Below are positions 17,991 through 28,029 of a stretch of DNA of 64,000 nt, piece after piece (within the stretch, counting starts at the first letter, position 1; each line of letters opens with the position of its first letter). Made by a program: the position numbers and the translations under genes. Source of the DNA: Gemmatimonadota bacterium. Lineage in GTDB: Bacteria; Gemmatimonadota; Gemmatimonadetes; Palauibacterales; Palauibacteraceae. The notes under the pieces were generated by a model, which saw only the letters and a list, made by a program, of their open reading frames with translations, was not told where the DNA came from and did no database searches. The DNA lies in contig JBHIAV010000013.1 in the NCBI GenBank assembly GCA_046758745.1, positions 1 to 64,000 of the forward strand, in the 5' to 3' direction.

Positions 17991-19285
17991 GCCTGGGTGA
18001 GCCGCGCGCCCACATACCGATCGGCGAACTCCGCTGTCGCCGCCACCATCTCCGCGGCGAAATATCCCGGCGGGAAGCGGCGCGCGGCCCGCAGGGCGAT
18101 GCCGAACGCGGCCTCGGCCAGCCCGCCCAGCTCCTCGTCCTCCAGGCCGAGGCGGGCCGCCCGTCGGGCGAGCTCGGTCCGACCCGGCGCCACGGGCTCC
18201 AGCACGGAAAGGAGCTCCGACAGCGCCTCGTCGTCGTACAGGAGCGCCGGGAGCAGGACCAGCGGCACGCCCCACCACTCCGGTCGGGGGGTGTCGATCG
18301 ACCGCACTTCGAGCCACCCGCGCGGCCGCACCTCGGGAAAGAGGGTGGTGAGGTGCACGCGCCACTCCTCGGCCCTGGGTGGCGGCGAGGCGGCGCCGGC
18401 GCACCACTCCCCGAAGCGGAAACGTCCGCCCGGTGGGTGCGGAACGCCATCCTCCCCGAGCCGCGTCATCACGCCGGCCCGCATGGCGAAGGCGAGGTAG
18501 CGCTCCCAGGGGGCTTCGATCCCCTCCGGGGCCTCGTCGATGACGAGGCCCGTGCGAGTCGGGTCCGTCCTCTCCCAAGCCACCGCCCGCCCACTGCGCG
18601 CCAGCGTCCCGTCGGGAAGAAGCCGGGGGGAGTTGGCGAACGCGGCCGTGCAGACGGGGCTCAGCAGGTTGGCGGCGCGCCACCGCCTCTTCGCCTGGCG
18701 CGGGCTGCCGAAGTCCAGGTTCACCTGTAAGCTGGCGGTCAGCCGCATCATCGGCCGTCCGCCCGCGTCCACCTCTCCGAAATACCGGTCCATCAGGCGG
18801 TACCGGGGCGTCGGAAGCTGGAGTCCCACCTCGTCGGCCGCGTGCCATGGGTTCATTCCCCGGCTCAGGAGGTGGATGCCGGCTCGCGAAGCAGCCCCTC
18901 GGAGTCCGCCGAGCACCCCGACCAGGTCGCCCAGCGTCTCCGCCGGGGTCGCCCGGGGTTCCGTGCTGAACTCGAGTTGCCCGCCGGGCTCGAAGCCGAT
19001 GGCCCCATCCCGCGAGGTGCGGAACCGGGGGCTGCCGTAGTCGTCCCAGTCGGCCGCGATGCGCTCGGTGGCCTCGGCGTACTCCTCCAGGAAGCCGACC
19101 AGGGAGCGTCCGGGGGTGCCCTCGGCCTGCAGCGGGAGGACCGCTGGCCGGCCATCCGGCCCCTCGGGCCCCGCGGGGAGGAGCTCGAGCTCGGCCCCGA
19201 CGGTGCCGGGCCGGACCGGCGGGTGCGCCGGCGAGAAGAGGGAGACGACGTCGGCGTGGAGGCCCGCCGGGGTGAGAGCCGTCAC
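17960..19285 (-). CDS. egtA: glutamate--cysteine ligase (GCS2), EgtA-like
   Basis: VGAELE, FEPGGQLEFS, MMRLTASLQVNLD, AFANSP, HLTTLFPEVRPRGWLEVRSID; GTGA overlap with egtD. Confidence 0.88.
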   Translation of the reverse strand: MTALTPAGLHADVVSLFSPAHPPVRPGTVGAELELLPAGPEGPDGRPAVLPLQAEGTPGRSLVGFLEEYAEATERIAADWDDYGSPRFRTSRDGAIGFEPGGQLEFSTEPRATPAETLGDLVGVLGGLRGAASRAGIHLLSRGMNPWHAADEVGLQLPTPRYRLMDRYFGEVDAGGRPMMRLTASLQVNLDFGSPRQAKRRWRAANLLSPVCTAAFANSPRLLPDGTLARSGRAVAWERTDPTRTGLVIDEAPEGIEAPWERYLAFAMRAGVMTRLGEDGVPHPPGGRFRFGEWCAGAASPPPRAEEWRVHLTTLFPEVRPRGWLEVRSIDTPRPEWWGVPLVLLPALLYDDEALSELLSVLEPVAPGRTELARRAARLGLEDEELGGLAEAAFGIALRAARRFPPGYFAAEMVAATAEFADRYVGARLTQADEAAPARAP

Positions 19286-20265
19286 GACGGGCGCGCCAGC
19301 CCAAGGCCGAAGTCCCGCTTGCCGTCCGTCTCCCAGCGGGCGAGCCGCAGGCCTCCGCTCTCGAGGAGGGAGGCGACGGAGTCGCGCGTGTACTTGTGGC
19401 TCAACTCGGTGAGGATCGTCTCCCCCTCGCGGAACTCGACGCACAGGTCGAGCGCATCGACACGGACCATCTGCGGCCTGAGGGACACGAGGTGCATCTC
19501 GATCCGCGCCTCCTCGGAGCTGTAGAACGCGCGGTGCGCGAACGCGGTGAGGTCGAAGTCCGCATCGAGCTCGCGGTTGATCACCCGCAGGAGGTTCAGG
19601 TTGAACTCGGCCGTGACTCCGGCCGCATCGTTGTACGCGCGCTCGAGGCGCGAGCTGTCCTTCACCAGATCGAAGCCGATGAGGAACCCGTCCTCGCTCC
19701 CCATCTGCCCGCGCACGTTGCCCAGGACCGCCGTGGCCCCGCGGGGCGTGAGGTTGCCGATGGTGGAGCCGAGGAAGGCGATGAGGCGAGGGCGGTCGGC
19801 GAAGGGCAGCATCATCTCGGCTTCGAAGTCCCCGATCACGCTGTGCACGATCAGGCCGGGATACCTGACGATGAGCGCCTCCGCCGCCTGTCGGGAGGCG
19901 TCGTCGCTCACGTCGACGCTCCCGTACGCCTCGAGGAGCCCTTCCTTTCGCATCGCGTCGAGGAGGATGCGGGTCTTCGATGCGCTCCCCGAGCCGAGCT
20001 CCACGAGGGCGAGGGGACGGAGCTCGGCGATGAGGAGGGGGGCCAGCTCCTCGAGGATCGAGCGCTCCGCGCGGGTCAGGTAGTACTCCGGAAGCCGGGT
20101 GATCTCCTCGAACAGCTCGGAGCCCCGCGCATCGTAGAAGTACTTCGGCGGGAGATTCTTCCGCTCCGCCGTAAGGCCGGCTCGCACGTCGGCGGCGAGA
20201 TCGAACGGCCGATTCCTCTCGTCCAGCCGATTCCGAAATACGACCCGCTCCGTCGCCTCGATCAT
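19282..20265 (-). CDS. egtD: L-histidine N-alpha-methyltransferase
   Basis: LPPKYFYDARGSELFEEIT.LPEYYLTRAE, ELGSG, FLGSTIGN, AYNDAAGVTAEFNLNLL, TELSHKY. Confidence 0.96.
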   Translation of the reverse strand: MIEATERVVFRNRLDERNRPFDLAADVRAGLTAERKNLPPKYFYDARGSELFEEITRLPEYYLTRAERSILEELAPLLIAELRPLALVELGSGSASKTRILLDAMRKEGLLEAYGSVDVSDDASRQAAEALIVRYPGLIVHSVIGDFEAEMMLPFADRPRLIAFLGSTIGNLTPRGATAVLGNVRGQMGSEDGFLIGFDLVKDSSRLERAYNDAAGVTAEFNLNLLRVINRELDADFDLTAFAHRAFYSSEEARIEMHLVSLRPQMVRVDALDLCVEFREGETILTELSHKYTRDSVASLLESGGLRLARWETDGKRDFGLGLARPS

Positions 20266-20341
20266 CCCCACCTCCCTCACCCGCTCGTTCGGCGGCGGTC
20301 GCCTCGAAGATGCGCCTGGCTCCCCCGCGCGGCCGCCGGTC

Positions 20342-21754
20342 TCATCCGACCTCCCGGGCCAGGCGGAACCCGGCCAGGATCTGCCGCCGGACCGGGTAGT
20401 CCCAGTTGCGGAAGCTGTTCCGGGCCACGCAGGCGGCCGTCCCCCACGAGGCGCCGCGCAGCACCCGGTACTCGTCCCCGAAGAAGACGAGCGAGTACTC
20501 GTCGTACGGGAAGGCCCGAAATCCCTCGTATCCCTTGAACGGGCTCGACGTCCACTCCCACACGTCGCCCAGCATCTGGTGGCAGCCCACGGGGCTCCGC
20601 CCCGCCGGGTACAACCCGATCGGCACGACCCCGAAACCCAGCTGGCCCAGGTTCGCGTGTAGGTCCGAGGGCTCCGTCTCCCCCCACGGATAGCGGTGAG
20701 TGGCTCCCGAGTCGGGATCCCAGGCCGCCGCCTTCTCCCATTCGAACTCGGTCGGGAGGCGGGCCCCGCTGAAACGGGCGAACGCGTCCGCCTCGTGGGC
20801 GCACACGTGGATGACCGGGTGGCTTGCGCACACCGGCTCCTCGCCCAGCGATGTGACTCGGCGCCAGCCCTCGAGGCCCTCGTCCCGCGCCAGCTCGGCC
20901 GCCTCCGCCGCCGTCAGGACGCAGGTCGCTTCGCCGGCCGGGCACCAGTACTGCGGGGCGACCGGGGCGGCCGCCACCTTCCATGCCCACCCCTCGTCCG
21001 TCCACAGGGAACGCTCGCCGTATCCGTCTGCCGCCACGAACTCGAGGTATTCGCCGTTCGTCACGGGAAAGGCCCCGATCTCGAACGCGTCCACGGGCAG
21101 GGGCTGCCGCGGCCGCTCGTTGTCGTACGCGAACGCCTCGGGAAGCGCGCCGACGAGGAACTCGCCGGCCGGAACGCGCACCATGGCGCCGGGGCGCGCC
21201 GACTCTCCCTCGCCGGGCAGCGGGCGGCGGGCCGCCGGGACGTACGGCTCGCCGCGCATGAGGAGGATCGTCTGCAGGATGGTCTCCTGGTGCTGGGCTT
21301 CGTGCTGCCGCACCAGCTCGTGCGCGAAGCCGTCCCGGAAGAGCGGGTCGTCGCTGTCCAGGTCCACCTCGGCGAGGAGGGCGAGCGCCCGTTCACGCAC
21401 CATGGCAAGACGCTGACGGACCGCCTCCGCCGCGGGAAGCGCCAGGCCGCCCCGCTTCGAGCGCGGGGTCTTGAGGGCGTCGTACGTCTCCTCCAGCGCC
21501 GATTCCGCCGCCCCCGAGCCGAGCTTCCGGACCAGCCAGAGCTCCTCGAACGCGGCGACGTGAGCCAGATCCCACACGATGGGGCTCATCAGGCGGCTGT
21601 GCTGCCGCTGGAGGGCGTCGGCGGAGAGGGGGGCGATGAGCTGAAGGGTGCGACTGCGCACCGCGGCGAGGCCGTCCCGGATCGCCTGCCGGCGCGAGTC
21701 GCTGTCCGTCCAACCGGCCGAATCGGAGAGCTGCGCTCCCGGGGCCACTGGCAT
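20342..21754 (-). CDS. egtB: ergothioneine sulfoxide synthase, type I (DinB + FGE-sulfatase domains)
   Basis: MSPIVWDLAH, RSKR, HEAQHQET (HX3HXE), YDEYSLVFF, FRNWDYPVRRQI; GGAGG RBS. Confidence 0.92.
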   Translation of the reverse strand: MPVAPGAQLSDSAGWTDSDSRRQAIRDGLAAVRSRTLQLIAPLSADALQRQHSRLMSPIVWDLAHVAAFEELWLVRKLGSGAAESALEETYDALKTPRSKRGGLALPAAEAVRQRLAMVRERALALLAEVDLDSDDPLFRDGFAHELVRQHEAQHQETILQTILLMRGEPYVPAARRPLPGEGESARPGAMVRVPAGEFLVGALPEAFAYDNERPRQPLPVDAFEIGAFPVTNGEYLEFVAADGYGERSLWTDEGWAWKVAAAPVAPQYWCPAGEATCVLTAAEAAELARDEGLEGWRRVTSLGEEPVCASHPVIHVCAHEADAFARFSGARLPTEFEWEKAAAWDPDSGATHRYPWGETEPSDLHANLGQLGFGVVPIGLYPAGRSPVGCHQMLGDVWEWTSSPFKGYEGFRAFPYDEYSLVFFGDEYRVLRGASWGTAACVARNSFRNWDYPVRRQILAGFRLAREVG

Positions 21755-21781
21755 CTCGTCCTCCCGGTCGGGTCCCATCCG

Positions 21782-21923
21782 CGCCGGCCCCGGTCGTCGT
21801 CTCGCCGCGCCAGCGCCGGCCGTCACCGGATCGCGCCCGCCCTGGCCGTCGTCTGATCCCGCCGGCCCCGGTCGTCGTCTTGCAGCGCCGGCCCCGGTCG
21901 TCGTCTTGCTGCGCCGGCCCCGG
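21782..21923. repeat. 26-bp tandem repeat x~6 between the divergent egtB and ABC transporter genes
   Basis: cgccggccccggtcgtcgtct-type units starting at 21782, 21808, 21834, 21860, 21886 and 21912. Confidence 0.85.
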
Positions 21924-22070
21924 CCGCGGCATTCTGCCGCCGGGTCGCAAGGGAGGCCGAGGGCCACGGCCTCTCCCGAGGAAAGACACAAAGGTATTGC
22001 GCGGGCGGTTCGAGACAAGGCCGGCCCGTGCTCCACGTGACGGTCGATGGGGACGCCTGGAGGCCGCAGG

Positions 22071-22820
22071 GTGATCGAGTTCGATTCGGTGTCCGTCCAC
22101 TTGGGCGGGACGAGCGTTCTGACGGGGCTCTCGCTGAACGTCGACGCCGGAGAGACGGTCGTCCTCCTCGGGCGCAGCGGGTCCGGAAAATCCACCACGC
22201 TCAGGCTCGTCAACCGGCTTCTCGAGCCGAGCTCCGGGTCGGTCCGGGTACACGGGATCCCCACCGAAAGCTGGGACCCGATCGAGCTCCGACGGGGGAT
22301 CGGGTACGTCATCCAGGAGGTCGGCCTCTTTCCTCACTTCACGGTGGCCGAGAACGTGGAGCTCGTGCCACGCCTGCTCGAGTGGGAGGTGGGGCGCCGG
22401 ACGGCCCGCGTCGAGGAGCTACTTCGCCTGGTGGGCCTGGAGCCCGGGGAGGTCCGCGGGCGCTACCCGCGCGAGCTCTCCGGCGGACAGCGCCAGCGGG
22501 TGGGGGTCGCCCGGGCCCTCGCCGCCGATCCCCCGCTCCTCCTGTGCGATGAGCCGTTCGGAGCGGTCGATCCGATCACGCGGCGCGGGCTTCAGCGGGA
22601 GTTCCGGGAGCTCAGCCGGCGGCTGGGAAAGACGATCCTCTTCGTAACGCACGACGTGCGCGAGGCGGTATATCTGGGCGATCGCATCGCCCTCCTCGAG
22701 TTGGGCCGGATCGCCTTCGTGGGATCGGTGGACGGGTTCCGGACGAGTGAGAATCCGGTCGTTCGGGCCTTCCGGATGGAGGGCGATGTGGATCCGGAGA
22801 CGAGAGGCAGAGCCATCTGA
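22071..22820 (+). CDS. ABC transporter ATP-binding subunit (OpuCA/ProV-like)
   Basis: GRSGSGKST, LRRGIGYVIQEVGLFPH, LSGGQRQRVG, DEPFGAVD. Confidence 0.92.
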   Translation: MIEFDSVSVHLGGTSVLTGLSLNVDAGETVVLLGRSGSGKSTTLRLVNRLLEPSSGSVRVHGIPTESWDPIELRRGIGYVIQEVGLFPHFTVAENVELVPRLLEWEVGRRTARVEELLRLVGLEPGEVRGRYPRELSGGQRQRVGVARALAADPPLLLCDEPFGAVDPITRRGLQREFRELSRRLGKTILFVTHDVREAVYLGDRIALLELGRIAFVGSVDGFRTSENPVVRAFRMEGDVDPETRGRAI

Positions 22821-23458
22821 TGGGGTTTCTGGACTACCTGGTCGGCCATCGCGCGGAGGTGCTCCAGCGCAGCTGGGAGCACTTCTGGCTGGTCGGCGTA
22901 TCCACCGGTCTCGCCGTGGGGATCGGCGTCCCGGTGGGCATCCTGCTCACCCGGCGCGCCCCGCTTCGGGGGCCCGTGCTCGGGGGCGTGAACGTGCTGC
23001 AGACGATCCCCAGCCTGGCGCTACTCGGGTTCCTCATCCCGGTGCCGTGGCTCGGGGGGATCGGGGCGCGCCCCGCCATCGTCGCCCTCGTGGCCTACGC
23101 GCTGCTCCCCATCATCCGAAACACGTACGAGGGAATCCGCACCATCGACCCGGCGGTTCGGGAGGCGGGCCGCGCGATGGGGATGACCGACGGCCAGCTG
23201 TTGCGGCGGGTCGAGCTCCCCCTCGCCCTGGGGGTGATGATGGGGGGTGTTCGCGTCGCCACGGTGATCGGCATCGGGGTGACCACGATCGCGGCGGCGA
23301 TCGGGGCGGGAGGGCTCGGGGTGTTCATCTTCCAGGGGCTCTCCATGGTGGACGGCGATGTCATCCTCACCGGCGCGGTCCCGGCCGCCGTGCTGGCGCT
23401 TCTCGCCGACTTCGGGCTCGGCCGGCTCGAGCGCCGGCTCTCGCGGTGGCGAGCGTGA
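22820..23458 (+). CDS. ABC transporter permease (OpuCB/ProW-like)
   Basis: QTIPSLALLG, YALLPIIRNT, EAGRAMGMT, VELPLA, IGAGGLG. Confidence 0.92.
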   Translation: MGFLDYLVGHRAEVLQRSWEHFWLVGVSTGLAVGIGVPVGILLTRRAPLRGPVLGGVNVLQTIPSLALLGFLIPVPWLGGIGARPAIVALVAYALLPIIRNTYEGIRTIDPAVREAGRAMGMTDGQLLRRVELPLALGVMMGGVRVATVIGIGVTTIAAAIGAGGLGVFIFQGLSMVDGDVILTGAVPAAVLALLADFGLGRLERRLSRWRA

Positions 23459-24372
23459 AGGGCCTGCTGTGCCGGCGCGCGGGCCTGGCGATCGTCCTCG
23501 CTGCCGCGGTCCCCGCGTGCTCCCGCGGCCCGGCCCCACTCGTGGTCGGCTCCAAGAACTTCACCGAACAGGATCTTCTCGGGGAGCTCGTGGCGGTGTG
23601 GGTCGAGCGGACGATGGCAATCCCGGTCGAGCGTCGGCTGCACCTGGGCGGCACTTTTCTCTGCCACCAGGCGATCGTCGGAGGGGACATCGACCTGTAC
23701 GTGGAATACACCGGCACCGCGCTCACCGCGATCCTGGAGCTTCCTCCCACCGGCGATCCCGACAGCGTCTACCGCTCCGTTCGCCGGGCGTACGAGGAGC
23801 GGCTCGGACTCACCTGGACGGAACCGCTCGGGTTCGAGAACACGTTCGCCATGCTCGTGCGCCGGCGGACGGCCGACTCCCTCGGCCTGCGCACCCTGAG
23901 CGACGCGGCGCCGCACACGGCCGCGTGGACGGCGGGGTTCGGATACGAGTTCGCCGATCGCGAAGACGGATATCCAGGGCTCCGGGAGGCGTATGGCCTG
24001 CGCTTCCAGCGGCCGCCTCGGGTGATGGATCTCGGCCTTACGTACCGCGCCCTGGCTGCCGGCGAGGTGGATCTGATCGCCGGAAACTCGACGGACGGTC
24101 AGATCGCGGCGCTCGACCTCCGACTGCTGGAAGACGACCGGCGCTACTTCCCGCCGTACTTCGCCGCCCCGGTGGTGCGGCGGGACGCGCTGGAGCGCTT
24201 TCCCGGCCTGCGTCTCTCCCTCGAACGGCTCGGCGGGCGAATCGACACGGACGAGATGCGACGCCTCAACCGGGCGGTCGACGTGGACGGCCGGGACTAC
24301 CGTGCGGTGGCGCGGGAGTGGGTGGAGCTCGCGCTGGCCCAAGGGGATCGACCGAGAGTCCTCGCGCGTTAG
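23455..24372 (+). CDS. ABC substrate-binding lipoprotein (OpuCC/OsmF/EgtU-like)
   Basis: Lipobox-like VPAC, VGSKNFTEQ, YVEYTGT, GFENTF, EFADREDG, STDG, FPPY. Confidence 0.9.
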   Translation: MKGLLCRRAGLAIVLAAAVPACSRGPAPLVVGSKNFTEQDLLGELVAVWVERTMAIPVERRLHLGGTFLCHQAIVGGDIDLYVEYTGTALTAILELPPTGDPDSVYRSVRRAYEERLGLTWTEPLGFENTFAMLVRRRTADSLGLRTLSDAAPHTAAWTAGFGYEFADREDGYPGLREAYGLRFQRPPRVMDLGLTYRALAAGEVDLIAGNSTDGQIAALDLRLLEDDRRYFPPYFAAPVVRRDALERFPGLRLSLERLGGRIDTDEMRRLNRAVDVDGRDYRAVAREWVELALAQGDRPRVLAR

Positions 24373-24467
24373 ATTCTGCGGGACCTTGCCCTTACATTTC
24401 TTGAGCGCCTGCCGGTGGGCGCCGCAGCGACTACGAAAGGTCTTTGAAATAGAGGACGACCAGACCC

Positions 24468-26405
24468 ATGGCCGATACCAGCGGAGGACCCACGCAGCAG
24501 CAGCGGGTGCGGGTAAGCGAGGCCGAGGCGCGCCGCGTGGCGGAAGCCGCGCGGGAGAGCGAGTGGGGGGGAGCCACGTTCGTGCGCGACCTCTTTCTCG
24601 GAAGCTTCCGTATCGACCTGATCCATCCCTACCCCGACCCGGACGAGTTCGTCGGCGACCGGGCCCGGAAGTTCATGGAGGAGCTTACCGAGTTCCTGCG
24701 CACGGAGGTGGACTCGGAGCAGATCGACCGCGACCGCAAGATCCCGGAGCGGGTCATCCGGCGCCTCAAGGAGATGGGGGCGTTCGGCCTCAAGATCCCG
24801 CGCGAGTACGGCGGCCACGGGTTCAACCAGACGGAGTACAGCCGCATCATGTCGATCGTCGGGAACATCGACGGGAGCCTGGTGGCGCTTCTGTCGGCCC
24901 ACCAGTCGATCGGCGTGCCGCAGCCCCTGAAGATGTTCGGCACCGAGGAGCAGAAGAGGAAGTACCTGCCGCGGCTCGCCAGGGGCGCGATCTCCGCCTT
25001 CGCCCTCACGGAGGAAGACGTCGGCTCGGACCCGGCCCGGCTCAGTACCACGGCCGAGCTCAGCGAGGACGGCACCCACTACATCCTGAACGGCGACAAG
25101 CTGTGGACGACGAACGGGACGATCGCCGATCTCCTCATCGTCATGGCCCGAAATCCGAAGACCCGCAAGATCTCGGCGTTCATCGTCGAGACCTCGTGGC
25201 CCGGGGTGGAGATGAGGCAGCGCAACCACTTCATGGGGATCGGAGGGATCGAGAACGGCAACTTCCACTTCGCCAACGTGAGGGTGCCGTGCGAGAACCT
25301 TCTGTGGGAGGAGGGCAAGGGGCTCAAGCTGGCCCTCATCACGCTCAACACGGGCCGTCTCACGATCCCCGCCGTGGCGGTGGGGACCGGCAAGGCGTGC
25401 ATCGCGATGTGCCGGCGTTGGGGCGCCGAGCGCGTGCAGTGGGGGCAGCCCGTCGGCAAGCACGAGGCGATCGCGCAGAAGATCGCCGACATGGCGGCGC
25501 ACACCTTCGCCATGGAGTCGGTGGCCGAGCTCGCCGCGTTGATGACGGACCGAGGCGGCTACGACATCCGCCTCGAGGCGGCGCTCGCCAAGCTCTTCAA
25601 TACCGAGACGGGGTGGCGGCTGGTCGACGAGGCGGTGCAGACGCGCGGAGGGCGTGGGTACGAGAGAGCCGACTCCCTCGCCGCGCGCGGCGAGGAGGCC
25701 GTTCCGGCGGAGCGCATGCTCCGCGACTTCCGGATCAACCGGATCTTCGAGGGCTCGAGCGAGATCATGCGGCTCTTCATCGCCCGCGAGGCGGTGGACC
25801 GCCACCTGCAGGTGGCGGGAGAGCTGGTGGAGGGAGATCTGAGCCTGGCCGGCAAGCTGGCCCGGCTTCCGAGCGTCGTGGCTTTCTACGCCGTTTGGTA
25901 TCCGCGGCTATGGATCGGGCTCGGCGGGCTGTGGGGCTTCTCCGAGTTCGGCGGGCTTGCCGCGCACATGCGCTTCGTGGAGAGGTCCTCGCGCAAGCTC
26001 GCCCGCACCCTGTTCCACAAGATGATCCGCTACGGGGCGGGTCTGCAGCGGAGACAGGCGATCCTCTTCCGTGCGGTGGACATCGGCGCCGAGCTGTTCG
26101 CGATCGCGGCGACGGTCGGGCGGGCCGACATGCTGCGCCGCAAGGGCGCACCGCACGCGGCGGAGGCGGAGGAGGTGGCCGACCTGTTCTGCCGGCTCTC
26201 GCGCCGGCGGGTGAAGGACCTCTTCCGCGACATGGGGTCGAACGACGACGCCCTCATGTACCGCACGGCACGCCGGGTGCTGAAGGGCGATCATCTGTGG
26301 CTCGAGGAGGGGTGCGTGGGAGCCCAGTGCCTGTCGCCGGCGGAGGGTGCGGAGGCGGAGAAGGAAGAGCCGCCGCATCGGGCCGCGGCCGGCGCGGGGA
26401 GCTAG
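24468..26405 (+). CDS. acyl-CoA dehydrogenase (long, VLCAD/ACAD9-like)
   Basis: [51 protein letters not shown]. Confidence 0.93.
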   Translation: MADTSGGPTQQQRVRVSEAEARRVAEAARESEWGGATFVRDLFLGSFRIDLIHPYPDPDEFVGDRARKFMEELTEFLRTEVDSEQIDRDRKIPERVIRRLKEMGAFGLKIPREYGGHGFNQTEYSRIMSIVGNIDGSLVALLSAHQSIGVPQPLKMFGTEEQKRKYLPRLARGAISAFALTEEDVGSDPARLSTTAELSEDGTHYILNGDKLWTTNGTIADLLIVMARNPKTRKISAFIVETSWPGVEMRQRNHFMGIGGIENGNFHFANVRVPCENLLWEEGKGLKLALITLNTGRLTIPAVAVGTGKACIAMCRRWGAERVQWGQPVGKHEAIAQKIADMAAHTFAMESVAELAALMTDRGGYDIRLEAALAKLFNTETGWRLVDEAVQTRGGRGYERADSLAARGEEAVPAERMLRDFRINRIFEGSSEIMRLFIAREAVDRHLQVAGELVEGDLSLAGKLARLPSVVAFYAVWYPRLWIGLGGLWGFSEFGGLAAHMRFVERSSRKLARTLFHKMIRYGAGLQRRQAILFRAVDIGAELFAIAATVGRADMLRRKGAPHAAEAEEVADLFCRLSRRRVKDLFRDMGSNDDALMYRTARRVLKGDHLWLEEGCVGAQCLSPAEGAEAEKEEPPHRAAAGAGS

Positions 26406-27418
26406 GCGGGTCGGCTCCGGGAGCCCTCTGCTCCGATCTCAAGCACGATCTTCCCCACGTTCCGGTTTGCCTCCATGTACGCGTGCGCCTCGGCGGCCTC
26501 GGCGAGCGGGAGCGAGCGGTCCACCACGGGGCGGAGGCGTCCGTTCTCCAGCAGCGGGAGCACGGAGTCCCGGAACGCGGCCGTCAGCTCGAGCTTCTCC
26601 GCGACGCTGCGGGAACGGAGGACGGTGCCGACCACGTGGAGCCTCTTGCGCAGCAGGGTGGCGAGGTCCACCTCCGCCCTGCTTCCCCCCACCAGCCCGA
26701 CGAGGAGGATGCGGCCGCGCTCCGCCACGCAGGCGAGATTGTCCTGCCAGTGGACGGCGCCGACGAGGTCCAGCACCAGATCCATCCCCCGTCCACCCGT
26801 GAGCCGATCCACCACGCGGCGGAAAGACTCGCTGCGGTAGTCCACCCCGGCGTCGAGGCGAAGGCCTCGCGCCGCGATCGCCCGAAGCTTGGCGGCCGAT
26901 GCCGTGCCGATCACCAGGCCGGCGCCGAAGGCATCCGCGACTTGAAGAGCCGCAGTCCCGACCCCGCTTCCGGCCGCGTGAACGAGGACCCGCTCCCCCG
27001 GCTGCAAGCCGCCCTGGAGGACGAGGGCGTCGAACGCGGTGTAGAACGCCTCCGGCACGGCGGCCGCCTCGACGAACGAGAGACCGGAGGGGATCGGGAG
27101 CGCCATGTCGGCCCGCGCCACCACCTTCTCGGCGTATCCGCCGCCTCCCAGCAGTCCCATCACCCGGGTGCCCACGGCCGGCTCCCGCACCCCCTCGCCG
27201 GCTGCCTCCACGACTCCGGAGAACTCCAGTCCCGGGATGTCGGGCGGCGCCTCGGGCGGCGCCGGGTAGGCTCCCCGGCGCTGCAGCAGGTCGGCACGGT
27301 TCACGCCCGCCGCCCGCACCGCGACCCGCACCTCGGCGGGCAGGGGCACCGGCTCGGGCACCTCGTCCAGCCGGAGCACTTCGGGGCCGCCGTACCGGCC
27401 GATTCGAACCGCTTTCAC
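26402..27418 (-). CDS. NAD(P)H-quinone oxidoreductase, PIG3 family
   Basis: [44 protein letters not shown]. Confidence 0.92.
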   Translation of the reverse strand: MKAVRIGRYGGPEVLRLDEVPEPVPLPAEVRVAVRAAGVNRADLLQRRGAYPAPPEAPPDIPGLEFSGVVEAAGEGVREPAVGTRVMGLLGGGGYAEKVVARADMALPIPSGLSFVEAAAVPEAFYTAFDALVLQGGLQPGERVLVHAAGSGVGTAALQVADAFGAGLVIGTASAAKLRAIAARGLRLDAGVDYRSESFRRVVDRLTGGRGMDLVLDLVGAVHWQDNLACVAERGRILLVGLVGGSRAEVDLATLLRKRLHVVGTVLRSRSVAEKLELTAAFRDSVLPLLENGRLRPVVDRSLPLAEAAEAHAYMEANRNVGKIVLEIGAEGSRSRPA

Positions 27419-27675
27419 TTACGCTCCGATCCGTCCCGCTCGAGGCCGAGCTGAGCGCCGCCCCGGAACTCGCATCGGGAGCCGCCCCTCCGCCCGGCAT
27501 CCCGTACCCTTGCTCACTTCCGGCGAAGCACCGAGTGTGAGACGATCGCCCTCGGAGCGGCGGGGGGCAACGGGATTGTAGCCGGGAACGGAGCGGAAGC
27601 GTGCACGAACGGTGGCCCACCCTCCGCGGAGAGCGAGACCGATGAGCCGAGGTGGGTGAGGCGAGGAGCCGTCGA

Positions 27676-28029
27676 ATGACCTACCGGATCCTGGCGGATC
27701 TCGTCATGCTCGCGCACTTCGGCTTCGTGGTCTTCGTCGCGCTCGGCGCGTTTCTCCTCCTGTGGAAGAGCTGGATCGCCTGGTTGCACGTCCCGTGCGT
27801 CCTGTACGGGGCGGCCATCGAGTTCCTGGGGTGGATCTGCCCGCTGACTCCATTGGAGCAGAAGCTCCGCCGCCTGGCGGGTACGGCGGGCTACGAGACC
27901 GGGTTCCTCGACCACTACCTCGGCGGGCTCCTCTATCCGGCCAACTGGACGTCGATCCACATGTGGCTGGGCGCCCTCGTCATCGCGGTGAACCTGCTCC
28001 TGTACTGGCGGATCCTCGGCCGGCCGTGA
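27676..28029 (+). CDS. DUF2784-family membrane protein
   Basis: ADLVMLAHFGF, WLHVP, WICPLTPLEQ.LR, GFLDHY..LYP. Confidence 0.9.
   Translation: MTYRILADLVMLAHFGFVVFVALGAFLLLWKSWIAWLHVPCVLYGAAIEFLGWICPLTPLEQKLRRLAGTAGYETGFLDHYLGGLLYPANWTSIHMWLGALVIAVNLLLYWRILGRP

Noticed and set aside
20342-21754. Selenoneine synthase SenA or ovothiol synthase OvoA instead of EgtB
   Set aside because: Type I EgtB residues are present, senB and senC are absent, there is no C-terminal methyltransferase domain, and egtA and egtD are adjacent.
17817-21923. Repeat arrays as CRISPR
   Set aside because: The units are contiguous with no unique spacers, and there are no cas genes in the window.
22029-22044. parS-like sequence with a CACGTG core
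   Set aside because: Too many mismatches to TGTTTCACGTGAAACA, and not palindromic outside the core.
24302-27454. Very long alternative ORFs (1050 aa here; also 38323-40938, 61488-63524, 51915-53849)
   Set aside because: These are Arg/Pro/Gly-rich shadow frames overlapping well-supported genes, as expected at high GC.
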